From Azolla caroliniana (Eukaryota; Plantae; Polypodiophyta), in assembly GCA_043228905.1 (NCBI GenBank), contig JBHGNT010000015.1, forward strand, positions 8,556,001 through 8,620,000: a stretch of 64,000 bases of DNA, read 5' to 3'. A program made the position numbers and the translations under genes. Below, in pieces: positions 12,921-25,690 of the stretch (position 1 is its first letter; the number at the start of each line of letters is the position of its first letter). Under the pieces are notes generated by a model, which did no database searches, had not been told where the DNA came from, and saw only the letters and a program-made list of their open reading frames with translations.

Positions 12921-15900
12921 AACCGTTACAAGCGTTATGATCCTATATTATTTCTTATTCCTACGCTCTTGTCCGTCGGTTACTATTTTGGCGGACAACA
13001 TCAACTCTTCGACTGTCCGCTTTCCGAACAGTTGGCTCTTCCTTCCACTGCAGGGACATATTCCCAACAAACTCCCCCTTCACTCCTGTGGGAGGAAATC
13101 GGTCAGTCCTATATTTTGTCAACAAACTCTAAGTCTGTCCATAGGTAGGTTCTTCGTCAGCATGTCGGATCCATTGTCGTCAATATGGATCTTTACAAGA
13201 GCAAACTCTCCATCTTCGACTCTCTCCCGCAACTAGTGATAGCTTCTCTTATGTGCTTGGTCCGGGAGTGGTATGCCGCGTTCTTAGCTAGGTGTTTGGT
13301 GCTTTGGCTGTCACAGTGAAGCAAGAACTCCTTTTGCTTCATGCCTAATTCGGTGAGAAAATTTCTCATCAAGATCAACTCTTTTCTGACCTCTACCGCT
13401 GCCATATACTTTGCCTCTGTAGTCGACAAGGCTACAGACTTCTGCAGTCGTGACTGCCACGACATTGCTCCCCCTGCGTAGGTCATCACGTATCCTGACA
13501 TGGATCGTCTTGAGTCGGTATCTCCGGACATGTCCGAATCGGTAAAACCTTCCAGCATAGGTTTTCCAAAACTATACCTTAGGCACACCCTCGAGGTGCC
13601 CTTTAAGTACTTGAGTATTCACTTCACTGCTACCTAGTGTTCTCTCCTTGGATTACTCATATATCGGCTTACTGCTCCTACAACAAAAGGTATGTCCGGT
13701 CTCGTACAGACCATAGCGTACATTAGACTGCCGACGGCCGAGGCATATGGTACCTTCTTCATCTCACCCTTCTCCTTCTACCCTTTCGAACACTGCTTTG
13801 CATTCAATCTGCAAATTGTCGGCAACACGGAGCCGACCGGCTTTGCATTCGACATGTTGAACCTCTCTAGGATCTTCGTCACATACTTCTGTTGTGACAA
13901 TCATAGCACCTTCCAAGCTCTGCCTCGGGTTATATGCATTCCTAGGATTTGCTTTGCCGGTCCGAGGTCTTTCATGGCAAATGACTTGCCGAGAGCTTTC
14001 TTCAAGCTTCCATTCTTCCTTGCATCTTGACCAACTATCAACATATCATCAACATATAGCAAGAGAATCAAGAAATCTCCTTCCTCGTACCTTTTGAAGA
14101 ACACACAGTGATCGGCCTATGTTTTCTGGAACCGATGTTCGATCATGAAGGAATCGAATTTCTTGTACCATTGGCGTGGAGCTTGTTTCAGTCCGTACAA
14201 GCTTTTCCTTTGTCGACACACCAGATTCTCTTTCCCTTTCTCCTCAAAGCCTTTGGGTTGCTGCATGTAGATTTCTTCGTCTAGATCCCTGTGCAGAAAT
14301 GCGGTTTTGACATCCAACTGTTCGATCTATAGGTCCATGCTGGCCGCTATGCTCAGAATAGTTCGTATGGATGTCATCTTCACGACTGGTGCAAATATTT
14401 TGTCAAAGTCGATGCCCTTCCTCTGTTGGAAACCCTTCACCACTATGCAGGCTTTATACCTGGGCTCGTTGTCAACTTCTCTGTCTTCACCTTATAAACC
14501 CATTTATTCCTGAGTGCTCTCTTACCTTTCGGCAGCTCTACTAGGTCGTAGGTGTAATTCGTGTGAAAGGATTCCATCTCCTCTTGCATCGCGTTCAACC
14601 ACTTTTCTCTACTCTCGTCGGTAGTGGCTTCTTCATAGCACTCCGGTTCACCGTCATCAGTCAAGAGGATGTATTGATTGGCATATGTAATCGGTGCCTT
14701 CCTTTCTATGAGTGGGTGTCTTCGTCCACTCGCTGTTGGTTCTTTTCCGGATGTCTTTGCCAGCTCTTCTCTTTGCTCGGGATTCTGTTCATCAATCGAC
14801 ATCTCCAAGTTTGACAACTCCAACTCATATTCATCAATTGATTTTAGCAGGTCTACTGACTCAGACTCATAGTCTGTCGGTCTTTCCAAGTCGACTGACT
14901 CGGATTCGGCTCTGTCGGCCAGCTATCTCCTTACAGCTGCCAGTGACGACACATTTGGCCTTAAATCGATGGTAGTCGAGGTTGACTTGGGAGTTAGTTC
15001 CGATTTCTGTTTCTTCCAATCTTCAATTGTCTTGTCTTCTAGAAAGACTACATCTCAACTTCTCACTACCTTCTTGTCGACTAAGTCCCACAGCCTGTAG
15101 CCGAACTCATCTTATGAGTATCCCATGAATATGCATGCTTTCGACTTGCTGTCGAGCTTTGACCTCTGATCTTTTGGTACATGCATATATGCCAAACATC
15201 CGAACACCCTCAGGTGTTGGTAGGAGACATCCTTCCCTGTCCACACCCTTTGTGGGACATCACCCATTAGAGGTACCGAGAGAGACCTGTTGATCAGATA
15301 AACAGTTGTGTACATCGCCTCAGCCCAATAGGATTTCGGCAGTTTCGCATGAGAGAGCATGCTCCTTACTCTCTCCATGATTGTTTGATTCATCCTCTCT
15401 ACAAGCCCGTTTAATTTTGGGGTCTTTGGCACTGTGTATTCGATTCGAATACCTTGGCACTTGTAGTATTCCTCGAACTGCCCTTTGTACTCGCCACCGT
15501 TGTTGGTTCAGACAACCTTCAGTTTCCGACCCGACTCTCTTTCAGCTCTTGCCTGGAACTCCTTGAAAACCAATGTGCATCATGTACAATGTGCCTTCTT
15601 TCTGTGCTTGGGCCACTATGAGATTTCCTCGGCAGAACTTCCACTTGCCATTCCGAAAGCTACCATTATAGCCTTTGTCATCAAGCCTTCCAGTCGATAT
15701 CAGATTCAATATGACATCGGGGACGTGTCGAACATCCTTCAACGTTAGTCAACACCTTGTCGACGTCATTAAGCACACACTTCCGACTCTGGTTATCTTA
15801 CACTCTCCACTATCACCCATCTTTACATAGCCATGATCCCTGGCTATGTAAGTCGAGAATTACTCTCTCGACGGAGTAATGTGAAAGGATACGCCGGAGT

Positions 15901-16175
15901 CGATCATCCAAGTGTAATCTTCACTCGCAAGATTTGCACTTGTCTGTTCACAAAAGAACATGAGTTCTTCTTTGCTCGTAGCAATGGCTAAAGTGTTCTT
16001 TTCATCCGGAATTTTCCGAGGTTCGACATTATTTCCGACAGACTTATCTTTGTTCATGTGTCGGCAGTCCTTCTGGAAGTGTCCAAGTTTTCCGCAATGA
16101 AAGCACACAGGCTTACCTCTGGACTTCGATCTGGCGTGGGATTTGTCCGTTTGCTATAGGCTTCTTCTTCACCGA

Positions 16176-17630
16176 TGTCGTGTGAATCTTCACACACTGT
16201 GTAAAAAATAATGAAATAATTATTATAGATTAGATTAGTAGCTTACTATAGAAAGATGGATATACTCAAGAGCTTCAAAATGTATTTCACTATATACAAA
16301 ATGGAGAAATACATATCAAGTTATGAGAAAATGAAGTTTGATTAGATAGAGAAATTAGAACTATCCCACATAGATAGGAAAGTTAAGGCCCTGGCTATAT
16401 AAACACCTTGAGCTCCCTCATTTTTCATTTGTGCTAAGAGCACTTTGGCCACTTTGTCTTGATGGATGATGGTGGCCAAATTCCCTAAAACCGAAAACCG
16501 GATAGTAAGCAAATCCGGAAAACGGGTCCGGTAAGCAAATCCTGAAACGGGCCGGTAAGCAAATTTGGAAACGGGCCGGTATGCAATCCGGAAACTGGCT
16601 GGTAAGCAAATCTGGAAACGGGCCGGTATGCAAAACCGGAACCGGCCGGCAAGCAAAACCGGAACCGGAATGGGTATGCAAACCGGCTGGTAAGCAAAAC
16701 CGGAAACCGGCCGGTAAGCAAAACCGGAACCGGCTGGCAAGTAAACTGGAACCGGAACGGGTATGCAAACCGGAAACTGGCCGGCAAGCAAAACCGGAAA
16801 CCGGCCGGTAAGCAAAACCGGAACCGGCCGGCAAGCAAAACCGGAACTGGAACCGGCAAGCAAACCGGAACCGGCTGGCAAGCAAAACCGGAACCGGAAC
16901 CGACCGGCAAGCAAAATCGGAACCGGAACCGACCGGCAAGCAAAATGGAACCGGCTACCGGACGATGTTGGATGCGGACGGACGAAAGATTGGATCATGC
17001 AACAAACTAAAGTAAAGTGAAGAGAACTAAAGTAAAGGCCATGTGGACGCAAGCAACTAAAGAAGGGAGTGCATGGAAAAAGTAAAGGTCATGTGGACAG
17101 TCACATGCAACCAAAAGAAAAAGCTAGGCAACTAAAAGTAGAGGCCATGCAACAAAAAGTGAAAAGGCTATGATAAAGAGAGAACTCCATATTTATTCCA
17201 TTTTTTTTTCGACACGAGGACTCTCCAGGTTATCTTAATTTTCTTTTCTTTTCTTTGGGAGCTCTCTTATCTTATCGAAGCTAAGAACCCTAATCTTCCC
17301 TACGGAAGTTATCACTCAAGTAAACCATAATCTCCATACGGAAGCAATCTCTCAAAATCCAAAATTCATTGTCAAAGCCATATCACTCAAGAATCATAAT
17401 CTCTTATTTCTTCTAATCTATTATTCTAATCATCTCCATAAGATAAAACTTTTGTAATCCCAATCTTGGGATTGATTGTAATCTTTCTTTCCCTTTTATT
17501 AATGAAATTTGTTAATCTTTCTCATTTAGATTAATTCTTAGTATATAAATACACGAATTTGATATCCTCTAGACAAAGGCCCCGGGGTCTTGCCTCAACG
17601 TTCACGTATCCTCGTCGTATTTTCGCGACA
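16176..17630 (+). mobile_element. Solo LTR (~1.45 kb) with an internal minisatellite
   Basis: TGTCGTG...CGCGACA termini. 4-bp TSD CCGA. A second partial copy lies inverted at 59383-59930. Strand is arbitrary. Confidence 0.8.
16490..16960. repeat. CCGG-rich minisatellite (~19-29-bp units, GG(C/T)AAGCAAAACCGGAA core)
   Basis: About 18-20 degenerate tandem units. They produce spurious repetitive ORFs. Confidence 0.92.
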
Positions 17631-19139
17631 CCGATCCCTTCCTCTGTCCATATGTTGTGTCAGATTCGATTCCGTTTGGGATAGGACTCCTTTGTCTTTC
17701 CTCCTTGCCTCCTCGTTTAGGATGCTTTTCTTCACCGTCTGTAAAGACAAGTTCTCTTCTTGACAAGAGGTGCTGAGAGTAACCACTAGGTTCTCCCAGC
17801 TTTTCGGTAGCATACACATCAGTAGGATGGCCTGCATTGCATCATCCAGGGGAAACTTGGTCACATCAAGTTGATTTACAAACCCCATGAAAGTGTTAAT
17901 GTGTATGACGATGCTCTCACCGTCTCTGTATTTCAGCCGTACGATTTTTCTCATTAGTGTGGTTCTGTTTAGCGCGTTCTTCCTCTCATAAAGACCCGAT
18001 AGCTTCTGCCACATCTCGTGGGCATTCGTGTTGTTTGCCACATGCTGAAGGACACTTACATCAACACATTGTTGGATTGTGGCCACCACCTTCCTATTCA
18101 GAAGCTTCCAGTCCGACTCCAATACCAGCCTAGGTATTTCTGCTCTGTCGATTGGCTCGTACAAGTCTTTTACTATGAGAAGGTCTTCCATCTTTATCTT
18201 CCAGTCTGCGTAGTTCTGAGAGTTTAGAACTATAATACTTGGTAATCCGCTCACACCTGCTTCCATGCTTGCACCTCAAGCTCTGATACCAGTTTGTTGA
18301 GAAATTGATGCGGAATAGATCACAATAAACGAACTACGCGCTGAAATACGAATTACAGAAATACACTAGAAAGACAAGATAAACAGATGTACACAGAGAT
18401 TTATGTGGAAACCCTAAAACGGGGGAAACCATGGGTGAACAAAATCTTCACTATACAAAGTGGATATACAACACTCTGTCGAGTGTATCAGCCGCACAGG
18501 GCTCTTCGCGTCTGCTGTTACTCACACAGCTATGGTGCGGCTACACACACTCTCTCTCTCTCGCTCTCCTACACACTACGACTTATGTACATTGTTCTAC
18601 ACCACTAAAGTTTGCCCTAGTTGCATATATACTTATGCAACTTTCAAACTATTTACAAATATAGTTGTCAGGAACAGCACGCTCCCTATACGGAACGCTC
18701 GGCCACAACTGAGCTTAGAATCATACACAAAACGGGAAATAATGAACGACACGAAGAAGAGACGAGTACGCAGGATGTTTACGTGGAAAACCCAAACTAA
18801 GTGAAAAACCACGGCAGCCCACAGGCTGCAAACTATCACTATGTTAGAATGTAGAACAGTGAATTCACGGAGGCAACGACCTCGTGCTCACGATCCTCGC
18901 CACAGGCGGCGGTTACAACAGAGGCAACAAACTCTTTCTCTCTATCTCTCTCTGTACATGGTTACGCGCTCTCTCGCTCCTTGCACCATGAAGAATGACA
19001 ACAACAACTACTAAAAGTTTTCCCTAAGTCATATTTATACTAATATGACTTTTCGGCTATTTACAAACATAGCCATGCTGGACTCTCAGAAACATATTTA
19101 CGAATATGTCTCTTCATCCGGTGAACACTCCTCACCGGT

Positions 19140-19402
19140 TTTGCACCATCCGGCTCTCCGTAGCCGAGTACTCCTCATCCGGTTCTCACAGGGTCTGCAC
19201 CATCCGGCTCTCCATAGCCGGGTACTCCTCATCCGGTTCTCATCGGGTCTGCAACATCCGGCTCTCCGTAGTTGGGTACTCCTCATCCGGTTCTCACCGG
19301 GTTTGCAACATCCGGCTCTCCGTAGTCGGGTACTCCTCATCCGGTTCTCATCGGGTCTACACCATCCGGCTCTACGTAGCCGGTTACTCCTCATCCAGTT
19401 TC
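19140..19402. repeat. 54-bp tandem repeat in the Copia-B 3' LTR (5 units)
   Basis: Unit CATCCGGCTCTCCGTAGCCGGGTACTCCTCATCCGGTTCTCACCGGGTCTGCAC. 18-aa periodicity in the ORF track. Confidence 0.95.
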
Positions 19403-21974
19403 GGCCTAGGCCTATCGCCCTTGGCCGAGTTTGTTCATCAGCACTGTTCTTCTCCCTTCCCATCCGGAGGGACCTGTCTCCCAACAAACTCCCCCTTCAC
19501 TCCGGCATGGGGTGTCTTACTAGTCCGATCCTCTTCCGGCATGCATCCAGCTTGTCGGGTATCAACACTTTGGTCAGCATATCTGACCCGTTCTCGACCG
19601 TGTGGATCTTCGTCAGTGCGAACTCTTGGTCATCTACTCTTTCTCGGATCTAGTGATATCTTCACTGGATATGCTTCGTCCGGGAATGGTAGGCCGCATT
19701 CTTAGCAAGGTGGATGCAACTTTGACTGTCGCAATAGATTCGGTATTCATCTTGCCGGATACCGAGCTCTCCGATGAAGTCCTTCATCCATAATATTTCA
19801 TTGCCGGTTTCCACAACCGCCATGTACTCCGCCTCCGTGGTTGACAATGCAACCGTCTTCTACAGCCTTGACTGCCACGAAACAGCTCCCCCTGCATATG
19901 TCATTACATACCCGGATGTAGACCGGCTGGTATCCACATCAGCCGACATGTCCGAATCGGTGAAACCGTGAAGTTGAGGTTTTCCGGAGCCGAATCGGAG
20001 ACACATATTTGAAGTACCCTTCAAATAACGGAGTATCCATTTGACCGCGTTCCAGTGCTCCTTGCCGGGATTGCTCATAAACCGGCTCACCACTCCGACT
20101 GCGTATCTTATATCTGGTCGGGTACACACCATTGTGTACATCAAGCTCCCGACGGCAGAGGCATATGGAATCTTCATCATATCCGCCTTCTCTGCTTTCG
20201 CCTTCGGGCTTTGCTTACCGGATAACCTGTAGTTTGCTGGAAGTGTCGATCCGACCGGTTTCGCATCTGACATGTTGAACCGGTGAAGCACCTTTGTCAC
20301 GTACTTCTCCTGTGACAGCCACAATTGCTTCATTGACCGGGTCCGGAATGATATGCATCCCCAACATCTGTCTTGCCGGACCCAAGTCTTTCATTGAGAA
20401 GGTCCGGTTGAGAGCCTTCTTCAACATCCGTATTTTGGCTTGGTCCCGTCCGACGATCAACATGTCGTCCACGTACAGAAGGAGTATCAGGAAGTCGCCT
20501 CCTTCGAACTTCTTCACAAACACGTAGTGATCGACCTGCGTCTTGTGGTACCCTTGATCGGCTATGAAGGAATCGAACTTCCGGTACCATTGTCGGGGGG
20601 CCTGCTTCAAATCGTACAAGCTCTTCTTCAGCCGGCATACCAGGTGCTCCTTCCCTTTCTCCACATATCCCTCCGGTTGTTGCATGTAGATCTCCTCTTC
20701 GAGGTCGCCGTGAAGGAATGTCCTCTTCACGTCCAGCTGTTCTACCTCGAGGTCCATTCTTGCTGCTATACTCAGCACTGTCCGGATGGAGGTCATCTTT
20801 ACTACCGGGGCAAATATCTTGTCGAAGTCCACGCCCTTCTTCTGCTGGAACCCCGGGGGGTTGCCGGCATCTCCCGGTTTCAACTTGTACACCCACTTGT
20901 TTCGGAGTGCCCGCTTTCCTTTCGGCAACTCCACCAATTCGTATGTATGGTTCTCATGCAGGGAATCCATCTCGTCCTGCATGGCACTTAACCATTTTCG
21001 GTTGTGGGTGTTAGTCATCCTTTGCTTCTTTGAAGCTTTCTGGCTCCCCCTCATTGGTTAACAACACATGCTCTGCATCCGGAAATCTCCGGGGGGGCCT
21101 TCTCTCTCTGAGAGGATATCTCTGTCTCTGGGCTTCGGTATCCGGCTCCTCTATTTGCTCTTCATCCGAATCTGATTCGGGGTCTTGGCCGGTTCCGGTT
21201 TCAGCTTCCTTTACTTCTTCTTCTGCCGGTTCGATATCCTCACCGTAACCGGCTGGCTCCTCGAGTGCTAACCGGCCTCTTGCCCGTTGGGTTTGTTCAT
21301 TGTAGAGTCTATCCTTACCAGTCGACTCGGAGTTCATTATCTTCTTCTCCGACTCCCAGTCGGCAAGCGTCTTGTCCTCCATGAAGATAATATCTCGGCT
21401 CCGGAATACCTTCTTGTCGACCAGGTCCCACACTCGGTAGCCGAACTCATCATCACCGTAACCGAGGAATATGCATGGCCGGGTCTTTGGATCTAACTTT
21501 CCTCTCCGGTCCTTAGCTACATGCACGTACGCGAGACACCTGAATACCTTCAGATGCCGATAGGACACTTCCTTACTGGTCCAGACTCTCTGTGGCATGT
21601 CTCCGTCCAAGGGTACTGAGGGTGATCTGTTTATCACATATGTTGTCGTCGATAGTGCCTCAGCCCAAAACTTCTTGGGTAGTTTTGCATGCGCTAGCAT
21701 ACTCCGGACCCTCTCCATTATGGTCCGGTTCATCCTCTCGGCCAGCCCGTTTAGTTCCGGCGTCTTCGGCACGGTAAATTCGAGCCGGATTCCCTTCGAG
21801 CGGCAGTACTCCTCGAACTGCCGCCGGTATTCTCCTCCGTTATCTGCTCGAACCGCCTTCAGCTTCCGGCCGGTTTCTCTTTCCATTCTTGCGTGGAGCT
21901 CTTTGAATATGGGTAGCACCTGATCCTTCGTCCTCAACGGTGTGGCCCACAGCTTCCGACTGTGGTCATCTATG

Positions 21975-22623
21975 TGTTGGGAGACAGGTCCCTCCGGATG
22001 GGAAGGGAGAAGAACAGTGTTGATGAACAAACTCGGCCTCGGCCGAAACCGGATGAGGACTACCCGGCTACGGAGAGCCGGATGGTGCAGACCCGGTGAA
22101 GACCGGATGAGGAGTACTCGTCTACGGAGAGCCGGATGGTGTAGACCCGGTGAGAAGTGCTCACCGGACGAAGAGACATATTAGTAAATATGTTTATGAG
22201 AGTCCATCATGGCTATATTTGTAAATAGCCGAAAAGTCATATTAGTATAAATATGACTTAGGGCAAACTTATAGTTAACAGTTGTTATTATTCTTGTTGG
22301 TGCAAGGAGAGAGAGAGCGCGGAACTGTGTACAGAGAGAGAGAGAGAGAAAGAGGTCGTCGCCTCTGTTGTAACCGCCGCGTGTGGCGAAGATTGTGAGC
22401 ACGAGGTCGTTGCCTCTGTGAACTCACTGTTGTACATTCTAGCATAGTGATAGTTTGCAGCCTGTGGGCTGCCGTGGTTTTTCCCTACTTTGGGCTTTCC
22501 ACGTAAACATCCTGTGTACTCTTCTCCTCTTTGTGTCGTGCGTTTCATTTCCTGTTTTCTGTGTATGATTTTAAGCTCGGTTGTGGCCGAGCATTGCGCA
22601 TAAGGAGCATTGAGTTCCCGTCA
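21975..22623 (+). mobile_element. Solo LTR of the Copia-B family inserted antisense in the Copia-B integrase
   Basis: TG...CA termini. TSD CTATG at 21970-21974 and 22624-22628. Two 54-bp units. Confidence 0.93.
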
Positions 22624-22771
22624 CTATGAAAGTCATGAAGTACTGCGCTCCGGCATGTGACTTCGTGTCTACTTGACACACATCCGTATGCACCAACTCC
22701 AGTGGTGGATTACGTCTCATCGGTGGCCTTGGTCGGAAGGAGGTCCGGTTTTGCTTACCGGCCAGACAATC

Positions 22772-23060
22772 AGTGCACTTCTCCAAGTGCACGTTCTTCA
22801 CTGGAATGAGGTTGTCGTCTGCAAGCCTCTTCATCCCCTTCTCGCTCATATGACACAACCTCTTGTGCCATAACTCACCGGCAGTGTCGGATGCCACGTT
22901 CACTTCTTCCGGACATAGTGCACTTCTCCAAGTGCACGTTCTTTACTGGAATGAGGGTTGTCTGCAAGCCTCTTCATCCCCTTCTCGCTCATATGACACA
23001 ACCTCTTGTGCCACAGCTCACCGGTAGTGTCGGATGCCACGTTCACTTCTTCCGGACATA
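22772..23060. repeat. ~145-bp tandem duplication in the GAG-pre-integrase region
   Basis: 'NVASDT.GELWHKRLCHMSEKGMKRLAD' is encoded twice. Confidence 0.9.
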
Positions 23061-24827
23061 ACCGGGCATTCATCAGATACAATGTGTTGACCTTCCGTGC
23101 TCGAGCCACAATCAAGCTCCCTTTGCTGAACTTCATGACACCGTTTCGGATGCTACCCGTGTAGCCTTCATCATCAAGCCGACCGGCTGATATCAGGTTC
23201 AGACGAACCTCCGGAACGTGTCGGACATCCTTCAGCAGCAACTTGCATCCGGTTGGGGTTGTCAACCACACGTCTCCTATGCTGACAATTTGGCATGTAC
23301 CTTCATTCCCTATTTGGACACAACCGTGATCACCGATTGCGTAGAATGAGAAGCATTTCCGATCCGGGGTAAGGTGGAACGACGCTCCAGAGTCTACCAC
23401 CCAGGTCATCTCATCGTTGGCAAGGTTTATTTCACTCTCCTCGGTGATGAGCATAAACTCTTCTTCACTTGCCGCGATTGCCGTCGTTCCCTTCCGGTCC
23501 GGCCCCCTCCGGTCTTTACCATTCTGGTCCGAGGTCCGCTTCGAATCGGTACCATAGGTCTCCTTATCTTTCCGGAAATGCTGACAGTTCTTTTGGAAGT
23601 GTCCCGGCTTGCCGCAATAGAAGGAAGTGGGCCTCCCCCTTGACTTTGACCGTGTCCCCGACTTCTCCCAGTTCTGGGGACTACGGTTTCTATGTCTTCC
23701 GCGTTCCGATTCGGTAAGGAGTGCTTTGGAGTCGGAGCTCATATCTTTATCTTTCCGACGCGCTTCCTCATCTAGCAAGCTCGACTTTACTCTTGCTAGG
23801 CATAACCGCTTTCCTTCCGGACCGGCGTTGCCCAAAGTGACAACCAACGTCACCTAGTTATCCGGGAGGGAACCAAGCAGGAGTAGTGCTAGTACCTCGT
23901 CGGCGAGAGGTACTTCCAATGACGTTGCCTGGTGTATCAGTCCCTGGAAGGCATTCATGTGCTCCGCCATGCTGGAGCCATCTTGGCACCGGAGTCTTAC
24001 TAGCTTCCGGAATATCGACACCTGGTTAACCGCATTTTTGTTTTGAAACATTATGCCGATCTTCTCCCAGAGCTCATGAGCCTTGCTCTCTTCATTGAAG
24101 TTGTTGTATAGGCTCATGTCGATGAAGCACCGTATGTACGCCGTTGTCTTCATGTGCATCACCTCCCATATTGTGGCATCGATCTTGTCCGGTCTCTTGT
24201 CCCCGATCTGAACTGGTAACCAAAGATCTTTAACCATGAGCATGTCCCTCATCTTCGACTTCCATACTGAATAGTTGGAGCCGGTGAGCTTGAACATGCT
24301 GCCAAACGATTCGTCCATTTTCTGTGTCGTGTTGCTATGATACCACTTGTCAGGAACAACACACTCCCTATACGGAACGCTCGGCCACAACCGAGCTTAG
24401 AATCATACACACAAAACGGGAAATAATGAATGACACGAAGAAGAGACGAGTATGCAGGATGTTTACGTGGAAAACCCAAACTAAGGGAAAAACCACGGTA
24501 GCCCACAGGCTGCAAACTATCACTATGTTAGAATGTACAACAGTGAGTTCACGGAGGCAACGACCTCGTGCTCACGATCCTCGCCACAGGCGGCGGTTAC
24601 AACAGAGGCAACGACCTCTTTCTCTCTTTCTCTCTCTGTACATAGTTACGCGCTCTCTCGCTCCTTGCACCAACTGTAAGAATGACAACAAAAACTACTA
24701 AAAGTTTGCCCTAAGTCATATTTATACTAATATGACTTTTCAGCTATTTACAAACATAACCATGATGGACTCTCAGAAACATATTTACGAATATGTCTCT
24801 TCATCCGGTGAACACTCCTCACCGGGT

Positions 24828-25035
24828 CTGCACCATCCGGCTCGCCGTAGCCGAGCACTCCTCATCCAGTTCTCACCGGGTCTGCACCATCCGGCTCTCC
24901 GTAGCCGGGTACTCCTCATCCGGTTCTCATCGGGTCTGCAACATCCGGCTCTTTGTAGCCGGGTACTCCTCATCCGGTTCTCACCGGGTCTGCATCATCC
25001 GGCTCTCCGTAGCCAGTAACTCCTCATCCGGTTTC
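24828..25035. repeat. 54-bp tandem repeat in the Copia-B 5' LTR (4 units)
   Basis: Same unit as 19140-19402. Confidence 0.95.
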
Positions 25036-25320
25036 GGCCTCGGCTGAGTTTGTTCATCAGCACTGTTCTTCTCCCTTCCCATCCGGAGGGACCTGTCTCC
25101 CAACAATAGTCTGCCGAGTTGGCTATGTACACGAGTCCCTCATCAACTTGGCTCCTCTCTCTCCCCATCTGGAGAGAACTGTTTCCTAACATCATCATTA
25201 TTATTACCATAATAATAATAGTTGAGTTCTCAAAGAGTCGACTCACTGTTTTAGACTCTTCGACTGTCGGCTTTCCAAACAGTCGGCTCTTCCTTTCACT
25301 AGAGGGACATATTCCCAACA

Positions 25321-25690
25321 TGATATATATGTTGTTTCCTATATTTCATGGGTTTTCACATTGTTGCCTAATTCAATACAATCTTCCAAAAGAATAGGGT
25401 GGAGCTGATATGAAGGAGATGTGATAACAAGACTCTTACTTTCAGCCACGTTCGCAGCTATCTCCTCATCGGTTGCAACGTCATCAGCACCAGAAACCTC
25501 ATGCACCCTCCTTAATCAACACGATTCTACAACAACATGGTCGCTAATTAGCTACTCAGCTACATCTTAGCTAACTAACTATTCTTCTAGACTATGACAG
25601 TAGCTAATTAGCTACCACAGATCTAATTAGCTACTTCGCATAGGTATGGTACTAGCTAATTAGCTACCACTTAGCTAATTAGCTACTCTT
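25321..25690 (-). mobile_element. Second, inverted fragment of the palindromic-array element
   Basis: 25350-25540 is the reverse complement of ~3085-3285. It is followed by ~6-7 GCTAATTAGCTA cores (25540-25687). Confidence 0.88.

Larger units (their letters stand above)
5046..13000 (-). mobile_element. Athila-like Ty3/Gypsy element (Gypsy-1), truncated: partial 5' LTR, partial gag, PR-RT-RH-INT, ORF3
   Basis: The LTR begins TGTTG at 13000 (minus) and runs to ~12261, interrupted by a solo LTR. The PBS and 5' gag are deleted. Proteins are homologous to element F. No 3' LTR. Confidence 0.9.
13090..18266 (-). pseudogene. Copia-A gag-pol (gag, PR, INT, RT, RH), disrupted, with an internal deletion at ~15570
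   Basis: 'NYADWKIKMEDLL', 'WMIDSG', 'LNGLVERMN', 'MDVKTAFL', 'LYVDDML', 'FTDSDM'. Confidence 0.92.
19500..24318 (-). pseudogene. Copia-B gag-pol, disrupted
   Basis: gag 'MDESFGSMFKLTGSNYSVWK'; protease 'WVVDSGASFH'; GAG-pre-integrase 'LWHKRLCH'; integrase 'RADNGGEY'; RT 'YVDDML'; RNase H. Stops, frameshifts and a solo-LTR insertion. Confidence 0.93.
18666..25105 (-). mobile_element. Copia-B: full-length degenerate Ty1/Copia element inserted in the Copia-A 5' LTR
   Basis: LTRs 25105-24348 and 19486-18666. TSD ATAGT at 18661-18665 and 25106-25110. PBS TGGTATCATAGC at 24345-24334. PPT at 19499-19487. Confidence 0.95.
13001..25320 (-). mobile_element. Copia-A: degenerate Ty1/Copia element with nested insertions
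   Basis: 5' LTR split into 25320-25111 and 18665-18295. PBS TGGTATCAGAGC at 18291-18280. gag ATG at 18266. pol remnants to ~13090. PPT GAAGGGGGAG. 3' LTR 13069-13001 is cut by Gypsy-1. Confidence 0.92.

Noticed and set aside
16342-17052. Overlapping repetitive ORFs as genes
   Set aside because: They are translations of a stop-poor minisatellite inside a solo LTR.
19045-19705. 18-aa-repeat proteins (also 24732-25047)
   Set aside because: They come from the 54-bp LTR VNTR and are open in several frames on both strands.
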